The notes beneath the pieces are model-generated. The model did not search any database and had not been told where the DNA came from. It worked only from the letters and a program-made list of their open reading frames with translations. Shown one piece after another: positions 1 to 8,858 of a stretch of 64,000 nucleotides of DNA. The position numbers and the translations under genes were made by a program. Position 1 is the first letter of the stretch. The number at the start of each line of letters is the position of its first letter. The DNA lies in the NCBI GenBank assembly GCA_002748355.1, contig PDSF01000027.1:130414-194413 (forward strand), written 5' to 3'. Source of the DNA: Planctomycetota bacterium (GTDB lineage Bacteria > Planctomycetota > UBA1135 > GCA-002748355).

Positions 1-509
1 TTCCCCTTCTCCCGCCAAAGGGTGTAGAGATCGCAGAGGGTCTGCGTCGGGTGCTCATGGCCTCCGTCCCCGGCATTGACCACCGGCACGTCGGCGTAGC
101 TGGCCGCCACACGGGCGGCCCCCTCGTGTGCGTGGCGCAGGACGATGATGTCGGCATAGCGCCCCCCCACCACGCGCGCGGTATCCGCGAGGCTCTCCCC
201 CTTGGTGGCGCTCGTCGACTCCCCGTCTGTCGCCGAAATCACCCCGCCACCAAGCCGATGCATCGCCGACTCGAAGGAGAGCCGGGTCCGTGTCGAGGGC
301 TCGAAGAAGAGGGTCGCCAGGATGTAGCCCGGACAGAGGTCCGCCCAAGCCCGGAGGTCGCGATCGAACTCATCCGCAAAACGGAAGAGTGCGAGGATCT
401 CCGCATTGGAGAGATCATCAATGGAGATGAGATCGCGCTTGCCGCGCGGCTGGACGACGCCGTCGCCCTCGGGCTCGTGCTCCGAGCTGCTCGTTCCGTG
501 CTCGCTCAT
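1..509 (-). CDS. pyrB: aspartate carbamoyltransferase catalytic subunit, N-terminal part (gene runs off the left edge)
   Basis: Not in the ORF track because no stop lies in the window. Reverse translation from the ATG at 509 gives MSEHGTSSSEHEPEGDG...LATLFFEPSTRTRLSFESAMHRLGG...KGESLADTARV...PVVNAGDGGHEHPTQTLCDLYT, with the ATCase STRTR and HPTQ motifs. Confidence 0.85.
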   Translation of the reverse strand, partial: MSEHGTSSSEHEPEGDGVVQPRGKRDLISIDDLSNAEILALFRFADEFDRDLRAWADLCPGYILATLFFEPSTRTRLSFESAMHRLGGGVISATDGESTSATKGESLADTARVVGGRYADIIVLRHAHEGAARVAASYADVPVVNAGDGGHEHPTQTLCDLYTLWREKG

Positions 510-676
510 ACTGGGCAGAGGAATCTAGGTGGCGGGACGCTGGGATGCGAGGACCTCTCGGTCAGGGGGAGCGATTCCGGCAAAGACAGCCGGGGAACTC
601 GTGGGAAAAGGCCCGGGAGAGTGGCGAAAGTTCCGGATCCGGTGCTCGCCTCGCCACAAGCCTATTTCAACGCCTT

Positions 677-1648
677 TCAAGCTCCTCCCAACAGGCACTG
701 GAGCTCCGCGTGTTCGGCCTCGGAAAGTGGGCAGGCACCAGAGCTGGGGCAAGGCTCGGGCGCCAAGCGCTCCCGAAGCTCTCGCCCCAACTGTCGACGC
801 AGATCCTCGCCAGCGCAGCGCAGATCACAGACGATATGCCCAGCGGCCCCTAGCTCCCTGGCGCGCGAAGCCGCCTCGTCCTCTCGGGTAAAGACCCGGA
901 TCTCACCTTCGCTCGAGCTACTGGCCAGATCGCCATCGATGCAGGGAAGCAGGCGCAGCAGCAGCGCCGCCGTTTTCTCCTCAATTCGCGCCCTCCGCAG
1001 GGCCTCGGCGTCGATCTCCCCCAAGCCTTCGGCATCGCCAGCACTATCGACCAGGACAATCGGCAGGCCATCAAGAACGCAGGGTTCCTCGACGCTGTCG
1101 CGAGTCAAACCCAGCTGAGGCCCCACCCGCACCCGCTGCCTTCCGACAAGGAGGTTGAAAAGCGTCGATTTGCCGCTGTTACTCGGCCCGCGCAGAAGCA
1201 CCCGGCGCGGGAACAAATAGGGCAGCGCTCTGCGCCAGCGATCCTCCGCCGCCAAGAGCTCGGCACGCAGAGGAGCAGCGCCGCCCCTGCGTGCTTGCTC
1301 GCGAAGCGCCGGCCACCCCCCCGCTCCCTGCTGGGAGAGGGCGAGCAAGAGCAGCTCTTTGGTCGAAGCTCGCATCGCGAGTTCAGAGGAGGGAGCATCC
1401 TCCTCCATCTCTAGCAGCGCCTCGATGCGCTCGACGATCCTCGGCCCGCCGTGGACATGGATCTCTGCCCTCGCCTCAGAGAGGCCAACAACGAGAGCAT
1501 TCTCTTCGAGCCCATCGCCGAGCGACAGGCTTTCGAGCCGCATGCTCCCTGGCTGCGGAACCCGCAAGCCCAGCTCCTGCAACTCTGCCGTCCGCACGGC
1601 GAAAATCGCCAGCGCCGCAGCCCCACGCGCGCTCAGCCTATGTGCCAT
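677..1648 (-). CDS. short, divergent MnmE/TrmE-like GTPase
   Basis: 323 aa. The N-terminus resembles the MnmE N-domain (RGAAALAIFAV..., EIHVHGGPRIVERIEALL). G1 is GPSNSGKST and G3 is DSAG. It is about 130 aa shorter than typical MnmE and has no C-terminal CxGK motif. Confidence 0.55.
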   Translation of the reverse strand: MAHRLSARGAAALAIFAVRTAELQELGLRVPQPGSMRLESLSLGDGLEENALVVGLSEARAEIHVHGGPRIVERIEALLEMEEDAPSSELAMRASTKELLLLALSQQGAGGWPALREQARRGGAAPLRAELLAAEDRWRRALPYLFPRRVLLRGPSNSGKSTLFNLLVGRQRVRVGPQLGLTRDSVEEPCVLDGLPIVLVDSAGDAEGLGEIDAEALRRARIEEKTAALLLRLLPCIDGDLASSSSEGEIRVFTREDEAASRARELGAAGHIVCDLRCAGEDLRRQLGRELRERLAPEPCPSSGACPLSEAEHAELQCLLGGA

Positions 1649-2378
1649 TCTCGCCCTCGCCGGCGAGGCCCCAGAGGCCGAAATGGATCAAGCGCCCGGC
1701 AAGAGTCCCGGTAGCAAGCGCCTCGTGAAGCTCGTGCATGTCAGTCCCCGTCAGGACGACATGCCCCCTCAAATGGGCCGTCTCTAGGCGCCGGCGAGCA
1801 TCCTCGTAGAGCTTTCGCACCAGCCCCTGCCAACCGATGCGAATACCGATCGCCAGGTTGTCGCGGCTGCCGTCAGGTAAAGCAGCTTCGGGCAACTCGG
1901 CCGGCGGCTCCAGCCAGGGCGCCAGAGCGGGCGCCGAAAGGCTGAGCCCGCGAGCGAGGCAGCCGAGCCCAGCACTGATCGCCATCCCATGCACCCGTTC
2001 CTCGGCGTCAATGTGGGTAAAGGTCACGGCCGTCCCGGCATCGATCACCAGGCTCGGGCCAAACTTGCAGAGAGCGGCAAAGGCCACCACCCGCCGGTCC
2101 CAGCCCATCTCTTTCGGCTCGGCGTAGGCGACCTTGCCAGGCACGCGCAAGTCCTGCCCGACCCATTCAATCCGGCCGATCTCTGCCAGCCAGGGATAGC
2201 CGCTTGGGTCGCGCCCGTGCACGCAAACCCCCAGCCTTCGCCGAGCCTGCCGCAGGCTCTGCAGGAGCGCCTGACTCGGAGAGCTTCCTCTCGAAAAGCG
2301 ATGGTAGGCCTTCTCCAAGCCCTGCTCGTAGAGACAAACCCCCACGCTGCTGTTGCCGATGTCGAAGGTCGCGATCAT
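1638..2378 (-). CDS. coaX: type III pantothenate kinase
   Basis: MIATFDIGNSSVG... start, GWDRR, and LVIDAGTAVTFTHID are typical CoaX motifs. It overlaps the downstream GTPase gene by 11 nt. Confidence 0.85.
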   Translation of the reverse strand: MIATFDIGNSSVGVCLYEQGLEKAYHRFSRGSSPSQALLQSLRQARRRLGVCVHGRDPSGYPWLAEIGRIEWVGQDLRVPGKVAYAEPKEMGWDRRVVAFAALCKFGPSLVIDAGTAVTFTHIDAEERVHGMAISAGLGCLARGLSLSAPALAPWLEPPAELPEAALPDGSRDNLAIGIRIGWQGLVRKLYEDARRRLETAHLRGHVVLTGTDMHELHEALATGTLAGRLIHFGLWGLAGEGENGT

Positions 2379-2445
2379 CGCCTACTCCGTGCTCTGCCGC
2401 TGCGCTCCAGCCTGGCGCTCTCAGCAAGGCGCCAGAATCGCCGGA

Positions 2446-3594
2446 TCACTTATCCGGGGCACGGTAGGTCCGCACGACCTCGCGGGCAGTTTTATCGAGG
2501 AAGGTCAGGTTAAAGGTCCGCGTTCCGGCCTGGTACTGGCGGCGACCAACCTTGATCGCCGAGGCTCGCGAGTGGACAGCCTGCCCATTGACCTTGATCA
2601 AAATCTCCCCGGACTGGACACCTAGGTTCTTCATCTGAGGGGAGACGGACTTGATCTGCACCCCGCCGCGGATGCCGGTCGCCTTGCGCACGGTCGCGCT
2701 CGGCTCCCAGTCCACGGCCGTCAGATCCTCGTTGATGATCCGATTGGGCTCCTTGCGAAAGCGCTCGGAATCGGGCGTGGAGATGAAAAACACCCCCGAC
2801 TTGGCGTCCTGCTTCGACTTGGGGCCCGGGTCGCGATAGGCAATCTTCTCTCGCTGCGCCCTGAGTTTGCCAAGCTTCGCTGTATAGGGGTCCTCACGAC
2901 CAGCCACCGATGCGAAGACATCGTTGTCGATGTTGAACTCCGCGATCTGCATGCGGTCGGTGCGCCGCTCTTCCTCGCCCGGGACGCTTCGACTAAAGAA
3001 GGCCGCCAGCCCATCCTTGGAGAAGCCTTCGAAGCGGATCGAATCGAAGGGTTCGTAAAGGAGATCGCCCTGGATCAGATCCTGATAGATGCCCGTTCCC
3101 TGGTTCATGGGATCGCCGGGTGACTGCTGCATAGGCATCGGCTGCGCCAGCGAATCGCCAGTGACTGGAGGCTGAGGCGGACGGACGGAGCTGTCTTTGT
3201 AGTGGATCTTCAAGCGGCCCGAATCACCCGCCAGCATCACCGAAATCGAAAAGATCTCCTCCAAGGGCTTGGCGACGGGCTTGGGCTCGGCTTTCTCGAC
3301 CTTCTCCGGCTCGCGCATCTCCTCGACGACGGGCTCGCGTCCGACCCAGTTCGCATCCTCCACCTTCTTCCACCAGCGGTCGAAGGCAGGCTTGGTGTAC
3401 TGCCAGACACGATCGGTGCCCTGCTTTGAGGACCCCTTCTTGGCCAGCTCTTTGTTGAGGCTCTGGTACTCGCGGGTGGTCTGAGGCGCATTGATCCAAT
3501 CAAGCCGCCCGTACTTGCGCCCTTCCAATACGGCCAGGGCTACCACAGCGGCAGCCAGGGCATAGATGACGAGAGCCAGGGATTCGGTTCGCAT
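2446..3594 (-). CDS. membrane-anchored protein with a C-terminal PDZ-like domain (function unknown)
   Basis: It has an N-terminal TM helix (LALVIYALAAAVVALAVL). The C-terminus GVQIKSVSPQMKNLGVQSGEILIKVNGQAV is PDZ-like. It sits directly downstream of pilT. Confidence 0.6.
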   Translation of the reverse strand: MRTESLALVIYALAAAVVALAVLEGRKYGRLDWINAPQTTREYQSLNKELAKKGSSKQGTDRVWQYTKPAFDRWWKKVEDANWVGREPVVEEMREPEKVEKAEPKPVAKPLEEIFSISVMLAGDSGRLKIHYKDSSVRPPQPPVTGDSLAQPMPMQQSPGDPMNQGTGIYQDLIQGDLLYEPFDSIRFEGFSKDGLAAFFSRSVPGEEERRTDRMQIAEFNIDNDVFASVAGREDPYTAKLGKLRAQREKIAYRDPGPKSKQDAKSGVFFISTPDSERFRKEPNRIINEDLTAVDWEPSATVRKATGIRGGVQIKSVSPQMKNLGVQSGEILIKVNGQAVHSRASAIKVGRRQYQAGTRTFNLTFLDKTAREVVRTYRAPDK

Positions 3595-3714
3595 GGAACA
3601 GGGGTCTCCGAGTGAGCTAGCCGCAGAAGATACGGAGCCGTCTCCGCAGTCGCCACTGCGCTGCCCCTCTTGGACGAGTCCTCGTCGGCTTTCTTCCCTC
3701 TAGCTCGGCTGGGA

Positions 3715-4803
3715 TCAACCAGCCGAGACCGAGCCCCGGGTGATGCCACGCATCTGCAGCTTGAGTTCGTCCGGGTTGTCGGAGCTTGCGAGCGCGTCCT
3801 CGTAGGCAATGTTGCCCGACTCGAAGAGGCGGATCAGCGACTGGTTGAAGGTCATGGTGCCGTAGTACTGACCTTCGGCCAGCGCCCTCGGAAGCTCGCG
3901 GGTTCGCCCTTCTTCGAGGAGCTCGCTCACCGTCGGGGTGTTCATCAAGAGCTCGCAAGCCGGCATCAGCCCCTGACCGCCCTTGAGCTTGATCAAACGC
4001 ATGCTCAGCACCGCGGCGAGGTTCATAGACAGCTGCAATCGCACCAAGTCATGCTGGTGCGGCTCAAAGAACGAGATGATGCGCTCGACGGTCTGCACGG
4101 CGTTGACCGTATGAAGTGTCGAAAACACTAGGTGGCCGGTCTCTGCGGCGTTGATCGCCGCCTCCACAGTATCGCGATCGCGCATCTCGCCGATCAGGAT
4201 CACGTCGGGAGCCTGGCGCAGCGCCTGCTTGAGCGCCGAGGCAAAATCCAGGGCATCGGTCCCGATCTCACGCTGATTCACGATCGACATCTTGTCGTCG
4301 TAGAGATACTCGATGGGATCCTCGATGGTGATGATGTGCCGAGCCATCGACTGGTTGATGTACTCGATAATCGACGCGAGAGAGGTCGACTTGCCGCTAC
4401 CGGCTACGCCCGTTGCGAGGACGAGGCCGCGCTTGAGACTCGAAACCTTCTTTAGCTGCTCCACCGGAAGATGCAGCTCCTTGAAGGACGGCACGTGCTC
4501 CTTCACATGCCGAAACACGAAGGCGATGCGCCCTGACTGCCGGAAGATATTGCAACGAAAGCGCCCGACCCCCTCGATCGCGACCGCTCGGTCGACGGCC
4601 CCCTCCTTGCGGAAACGCTCCAGCCCCGACTTGCTCAAGAGCGTGTCGAGGTAGCGCCGAGTCACCTCGGCACTGACCTTGTCGTCCGAGATGAAGCGGA
4701 CCTGGTGGTCCAGTCTCATCGCAGGGCAAGCCCCAGTCTTGACCACCAGGTCGGAGGCGCCTTCTTTGACGACGATCTTCAGCAGGTCTTCGATCCGGAT
4801 CAT
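3715..4803 (-). CDS. pilT: type IV pilus retraction ATPase, PilT family
   Basis: MIRIEDLLKIVVKEGASDL start, Walker A GVAGSGKST, and ILIGEMRD...FSTLHT. I prefer the ATG at 4803, which follows AGAGGAA, over the ORF-track start at 4851. Confidence 0.85.
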   Translation of the reverse strand: MIRIEDLLKIVVKEGASDLVVKTGACPAMRLDHQVRFISDDKVSAEVTRRYLDTLLSKSGLERFRKEGAVDRAVAIEGVGRFRCNIFRQSGRIAFVFRHVKEHVPSFKELHLPVEQLKKVSSLKRGLVLATGVAGSGKSTSLASIIEYINQSMARHIITIEDPIEYLYDDKMSIVNQREIGTDALDFASALKQALRQAPDVILIGEMRDRDTVEAAINAAETGHLVFSTLHTVNAVQTVERIISFFEPHQHDLVRLQLSMNLAAVLSMRLIKLKGGQGLMPACELLMNTPTVSELLEEGRTRELPRALAEGQYYGTMTFNQSLIRLFESGNIAYEDALASSDNPDELKLQMRGITRGSVSAG

Positions 4804-4967
4804 GCTCTGTTCCTCTGCTACCCCTTCCCTATCGGCGAGCGAGGGGCGCAACTCCAGGTCAGAGCAAAAACCGCGGCTCTACCCAGGCTGGCGCTTGGGC
4901 AGGCGGGGCGGGGCTCACTGAAAACACAGGGGGCCGAAGAGCTGGCTCAGGACCCCAGGGATCAGGC

Positions 4968-5990
4968 TCAAGAGTAGGGAAAGCGCTCTTCCTCGGGCGA
5001 TTCCACGCTCTCCAGTTGGCGCAGGATCGCAGCAAGGAGCTCAGGCAAGCCACGCCGCATCACCGCGGAGATGCAGAGCACCGGCTGACCCGCCTCATCG
5101 GCCAGTTCCCTGGCCATCTCCTCGGAGAACTCGCTCTCGACCTTGCTGGCAACGAGGAGGCGAGGCCGCGCCGCAAGCTCGGGCGAGTAGAGCTCAAGCT
5201 CCTTCTCGATCGATCGCATAGCCTTGAAGGGATCCTCAGTGGCCATCTCGGAGCAATCGACCAGGTGGACCAAGGTCTTGCTGCGCTCGACGTGGCGCAG
5301 GAACTGGTGGCCCAGCCCCTTGCCCTCACTAGCCCCTCCGATCAGGCCCGGGATATCTGCGATGACGAATTCCCGAAAACCCGGGCGATCGACGATGCCC
5401 AGATGCGGTTGCAGGGTCGTGAAGGGGTAGCTGGCGACCTTCGGCTTCGCCTGTGAGAGCACCGAGATCAGCGTCGACTTGCCAGCATTGGGCAAGCCGA
5501 TCAGGCCGACATCGGCGATCAGCTTGAGCTCGAGTCGGATCTCGCGCTCTTCTCCCGGCATCCCAGGCTCAAACTGGCGAGGGACGCGGTTGGTCGCGCT
5601 AGCGAAGCTCTTATTGCCGCGACCGCGACGGCCACCCTGGGCGACCACCAACTCCGCCCCCTCGCTATCGAGGTCGGCGAGGGTGTGGCCTCGGACCGGA
5701 TCGAGGACGATCGTGCCGATCGGCACCTCAAGAACGAGGTTTTCGCCACGAGCACCAGTGCAGTTCTTGGGACCGCCTTGGGTGCCCTTTTGGGCACGAA
5801 ACTCGGCGTAGCCCGTCAGATGCTGCAGGCTCGAGAGCGAGGTCGAGGCGCGAAGCAGCACGGAACCGCCATCGCCGCCATCGCCACCGTCGGGGCCGCC
5901 CTTAGGGACGTATTTCTCCCGCCGAAAGCTCATGCAACCAGCCCCACCATCGCCAGCGACGACTCGAATCACGACTTCGTCGATGAACAT
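4968..5990 (-). CDS. obg: GTPase Obg/CgtA
   Basis: MFIDEVVIRVVAGDGGAGCMSFRREKYVPKGGPDGGDGGDGGSV and GLPNAGKST. The gene sits in the conserved rplU-rpmA-obg order. Confidence 0.95.
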   Translation of the reverse strand: MFIDEVVIRVVAGDGGAGCMSFRREKYVPKGGPDGGDGGDGGSVLLRASTSLSSLQHLTGYAEFRAQKGTQGGPKNCTGARGENLVLEVPIGTIVLDPVRGHTLADLDSEGAELVVAQGGRRGRGNKSFASATNRVPRQFEPGMPGEEREIRLELKLIADVGLIGLPNAGKSTLISVLSQAKPKVASYPFTTLQPHLGIVDRPGFREFVIADIPGLIGGASEGKGLGHQFLRHVERSKTLVHLVDCSEMATEDPFKAMRSIEKELELYSPELAARPRLLVASKVESEFSEEMARELADEAGQPVLCISAVMRRGLPELLAAILRQLESVESPEEERFPYS

Positions 5991-6009
5991 GGTGGAAGGC
6001 CGGGCCCAA

Positions 6010-6065
6010 GATCAACTCAGCAGGATCAACTCAGCGAGATCAGCTCAGCGAGATCAGCTCTCGGT
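6010..6065. repeat. four tandem copies of a 14-bp unit (GATCA[A/G]CTCAGC[AG][GA]) filling the rpmA-obg spacer
   Basis: Read directly: gatcaactcagcag / gatcaactcagcga / gatcagctcagcga / gatcagctctcggt. The last unit overlaps the rpmA stop codon. Confidence 0.8.
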
Positions 6066-6311
6066 GAGCTGAACCGGATCCACGTGAATGCGACGGTTGG
6101 ACTGGAAACGAACCGTGCCGTCGACCGTCGCAAAGAGGGTGAAGTCGTTGCCGCAGCGGACGTTCTTCCCGGGGTGGAAGCGGGTGCCCAGCTGCCGAAC
6201 GAGGATGGAACCGGCCGTCACGAACTGACCGCTGCCCGCCTTGATGCCGCGGAACTGCGGGTTCGAGTCCCGACCGTTCTTGGAAGTACCCTGGCCCTTC
6301 TTATGTGCCAT
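6054..6311 (-). CDS. rpmA: 50S ribosomal protein L27
   Basis: [43 protein letters not shown].... The true start is the ATG at 6311; the track ORF extends upstream to 6527. Confidence 0.95.
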   Translation of the reverse strand: MAHKKGQGTSKNGRDSNPQFRGIKAGSGQFVTAGSILVRQLGTRFHPGKNVRCGNDFTLFATVDGTVRFQSNRRIHVDPVQLTES

Positions 6312-6339
6312 CGAGCTGTCTCCTTTACTGGTCCGGGGC

Positions 6340-6651
6340 TCAGCCCTGGATGTCCTTGACTTTGACCCGCGTGTAGAGGGGCCGGAAGCCCATCTTGCGG
6401 CGATATTGCTTACGACGCTTGAACTTGCCGACCATGATCTTGTTGCCCTTCTCGTGCCCGAGGCACTCAAGGACGACACGCGCTCCCTCAACAAAGGGGG
6501 CTCCGACCTTAGTCTCGTCCCCTCCAAGCAGGCAGACCTGGTCTAGGACGATCTCACTCTTCGGCTCCCACGCTTCGTTGTAGTCGAGCTGGAGAGTCTG
6601 TTGGGGCTGCACCCGAATCTGGCGCTTGCGGTCCAGGACAACGGCATACAT
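6340..6651 (-). CDS. rplU: 50S ribosomal protein L21
   Basis: [18 protein letters not shown]...[24 protein letters not shown]. The ATG at 6651 is preceded by GAGGTG. Confidence 0.95.
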   Translation of the reverse strand: MYAVVLDRKRQIRVQPQQTLQLDYNEAWEPKSEIVLDQVCLLGGDETKVGAPFVEGARVVLECLGHEKGNKIMVGKFKRRKQYRRKMGFRPLYTRVKVKDIQG

Positions 6652-6827
6652 AGGGGCACCTCGGCCGGGTGTCGGAACGGGGGTCATGATCGATTGAAAG
6701 GGCGAAGGAGCATAGGCGAGCAGCCGCGGCATGCAAGGATCTGCTGGGATTCTCACGGAAGCGCCAAGCCGCGACCGCGAGGCATCTGCGGCAAAAACTT
6801 GCTGGGCGCGACGGCTTGCTCGGCCAG

Positions 6828-8858
6828 CTACATGTGCACCCCGAGCCCGGCCGGGATGCTGACCCGCACTTCCTTCGCTTCCTCATCCAAGAAGCGGTAA
6901 TGCACCACCTCCACCGGATAACTCAGCTCGGGCTGCAGCGAGATCTCGATGCCGTGCTGGTCTTCGATTTCCACCAAGGTGCGCCGCTTTCGATTCTCCA
7001 GCCAGTACGCCACCTCGGAGTGGGCATACACATCCAGCTGAGAAAAGCCCGGAAGCTTGGCCAGGGCCCGCATCTCCCGCAGCACGGCCAGAGCCTTGCT
7101 CTGCACCGTTCGCACCAGCGAGGTGCCCTTGCAGGTCGGGCAAGTCTGGAACACGGTCCGCTTCAGGCCCGGGCCCACCCGCTGACGCGTGAGCTCCAAG
7201 AGCCCGAAGTTGGAAATGCGCCCGACGTTGATCCTCGCCCGATCCGCCTTCAGCGCATCACGGAACTTCCGCTCCACCACTCGCCGATGCTTATCGTCCA
7301 TCATGTCGATGAAGTCGACGATGATCAGCCCGCCGAGGTCCCTGAGCCGCAGCTGCCGCACGATCTCGGGGATCGCGTCCAGATTGGTTCGGAAGGCCGT
7401 CTCTTCGAGCGAGGAGCCCGGCTTGAACTTGCCTGAGTTCACGTCGATCGCGACCAGGGCCTCGGTTTGTTCGACGACAATCGAACCGCCTCCCGCGAGC
7501 TCGACCCGTGGCTGATACAGCCCCTCCACCGAAGTCTCGATGCCGTAGGCATGGAAGAGCGGCGCGATACTCTCGTGATGCTTGACCGCATCCTGAAAAC
7601 GCGGCATCAGCGTGGTAACGAAGTCACAAACGCGCTTGTAGACGGGTTCGCTATCAATCACGACATCGCCAATGTCGGTCGTGAAATGATCGCGCATCGT
7701 GCGCAGCACGAGGTCGCTCTCGACATAGAGCGAGGCCGGGGCTCGGATCCCCTTCGCCCGCTGCACAACCACGCCCCATAGCTTTTCCAGGTATTCGAGG
7801 TCGCGCTGCACGTCCTGGGCCGACTTGCCGACCCCCGCGGTGCGGACAATGAAACCAATGCCGCCCTGCCCGGTGCGATCGAGTTCGCGCACGATGCGCT
7901 TCAAGCGGCGACGCTCGCGGTCATCGGCGATCTTGCGGCTAACGCCACACTTCGGCAGCGACGGCATCAGCACCAGGCAACGCCCCGGCAAGGACAAATA
8001 GGTGGTAAGGGTCGGCCCCTTGGCGCCAATGCCTTCCTTGGTGATCTGGACGATGATCTCCTGCCCCTTCTTGAGCAGGTCCTGGATCGGGACCCGCGAA
8101 CGGGTACGCCCCTTACCTTTCCCTTTCTCGCGCTTCTTGCCGGTCTCGGTCTTGCCCATGTCGACAGCTTCGTCCGAGCTTCGACCCCGGCGGCCTTTCA
8201 CTCGCAGGCTCTTGTCCTTGTCTTCCGCATCGGCCTCGCCGGCTTCGCTCCGGCGGCGGCGCCCACGGCGACGGCGGCGCTTACGCGAAGAGCCGTCCAC
8301 CTCGCCGGCTTCGCTGTCCTCTCTGGCTTCACCGGTTTCGACCAGTTCCGAGCCCGAAGGCTCCTCGTCTAGGTCCAGGGGTGCAGCTGCAGCCTCGCCT
8401 TGAGAATCCTCTCTGGCCCCGTCACCAGAAGCCGCCCGCCGCCTCTCGGCAGGCGCATCCGGCGCCGAATCCAGGTCCTCACCGGCAGACTCGTAGCCTT
8501 CACTGCTCGAGGTATCGTCGGGATCGCCTTCCTCGGAAAGAACCGCACGCACAGCGTCCGGCCCTTCGTCCTTTCCGGCACGCGCACGCCCTTCGAGAAT
8601 ATCAATCAAGCTGACATCGGGATCGGCATAGGCCGGAATCACATCACTGGCGTGCAAGAAACCGTTTCGGTTACCGCCAAAGTTCACAAAAGCCGCACCG
8701 ATCGACGGCTCGATATTGACGACCTTGCCCTTGTAGATGTTGCCGAGATAGCTCTCTCGGTCACTGATCTCGACATACAGCTCAGAGAGCTTGCCATCCT
8801 CCACAATCGCGATCCGACATTCTTCGCCGTCGTTCGCGTTGACCAGCATGCGCTTCAT
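6828..8858 (-). CDS. rne: ribonuclease E/G family endoribonuclease with a large internal charged insert
   Basis: S1 domain start (LGNIYKGKVVNIEPSIGAAFVNFG) and catalytic core (LIIVDFIDM, RISNFGLLELTRQR). There is an AAGGAGA SD before the ATG at 8858. An acidic/Arg-Lys-rich segment of about 170 aa interrupts the S1 region. Confidence 0.85.
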   Translation of the reverse strand: MKRMLVNANDGEECRIAIVEDGKLSELYVEISDRESYLGNIYKGKVVNIEPSIGAAFVNFGGNRNGFLHASDVIPAYADPDVSLIDILEGRARAGKDEGPDAVRAVLSEEGDPDDTSSSEGYESAGEDLDSAPDAPAERRRAASGDGAREDSQGEAAAAPLDLDEEPSGSELVETGEAREDSEAGEVDGSSRKRRRRRGRRRRSEAGEADAEDKDKSLRVKGRRGRSSDEAVDMGKTETGKKREKGKGKGRTRSRVPIQDLLKKGQEIIVQITKEGIGAKGPTLTTYLSLPGRCLVLMPSLPKCGVSRKIADDRERRRLKRIVRELDRTGQGGIGFIVRTAGVGKSAQDVQRDLEYLEKLWGVVVQRAKGIRAPASLYVESDLVLRTMRDHFTTDIGDVVIDSEPVYKRVCDFVTTLMPRFQDAVKHHESIAPLFHAYGIETSVEGLYQPRVELAGGGSIVVEQTEALVAIDVNSGKFKPGSSLEETAFRTNLDAIPEIVRQLRLRDLGGLIIVDFIDMMDDKHRRVVERKFRDALKADRARINVGRISNFGLLELTRQRVGPGLKRTVFQTCPTCKGTSLVRTVQSKALAVLREMRALAKLPGFSQLDVYAHSEVAYWLENRKRRTLVEIEDQHGIEISLQPELSYPVEVVHYRFLDEEAKEVRVSIPAGLGVHM

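Noticed and set aside
51-1118. 355-aa plus-strand ORF at the left edge
   Set aside because: It is antisense to pyrB (clear STRTR and HPTQ motifs) and to the GTPase gene. Its composition is Arg/Ser/Pro-rich and looks like junk.
6010-6065. Possible CRISPR array
   Set aside because: The units are 14 bp, directly abutting with no spacers, and there are only four copies. This is a simple tandem repeat.
6312-6527. N-terminal extension of the rpmA ORF
   Set aside because: L27 universally starts at MAHKKG, and the extension would overlap rplU.
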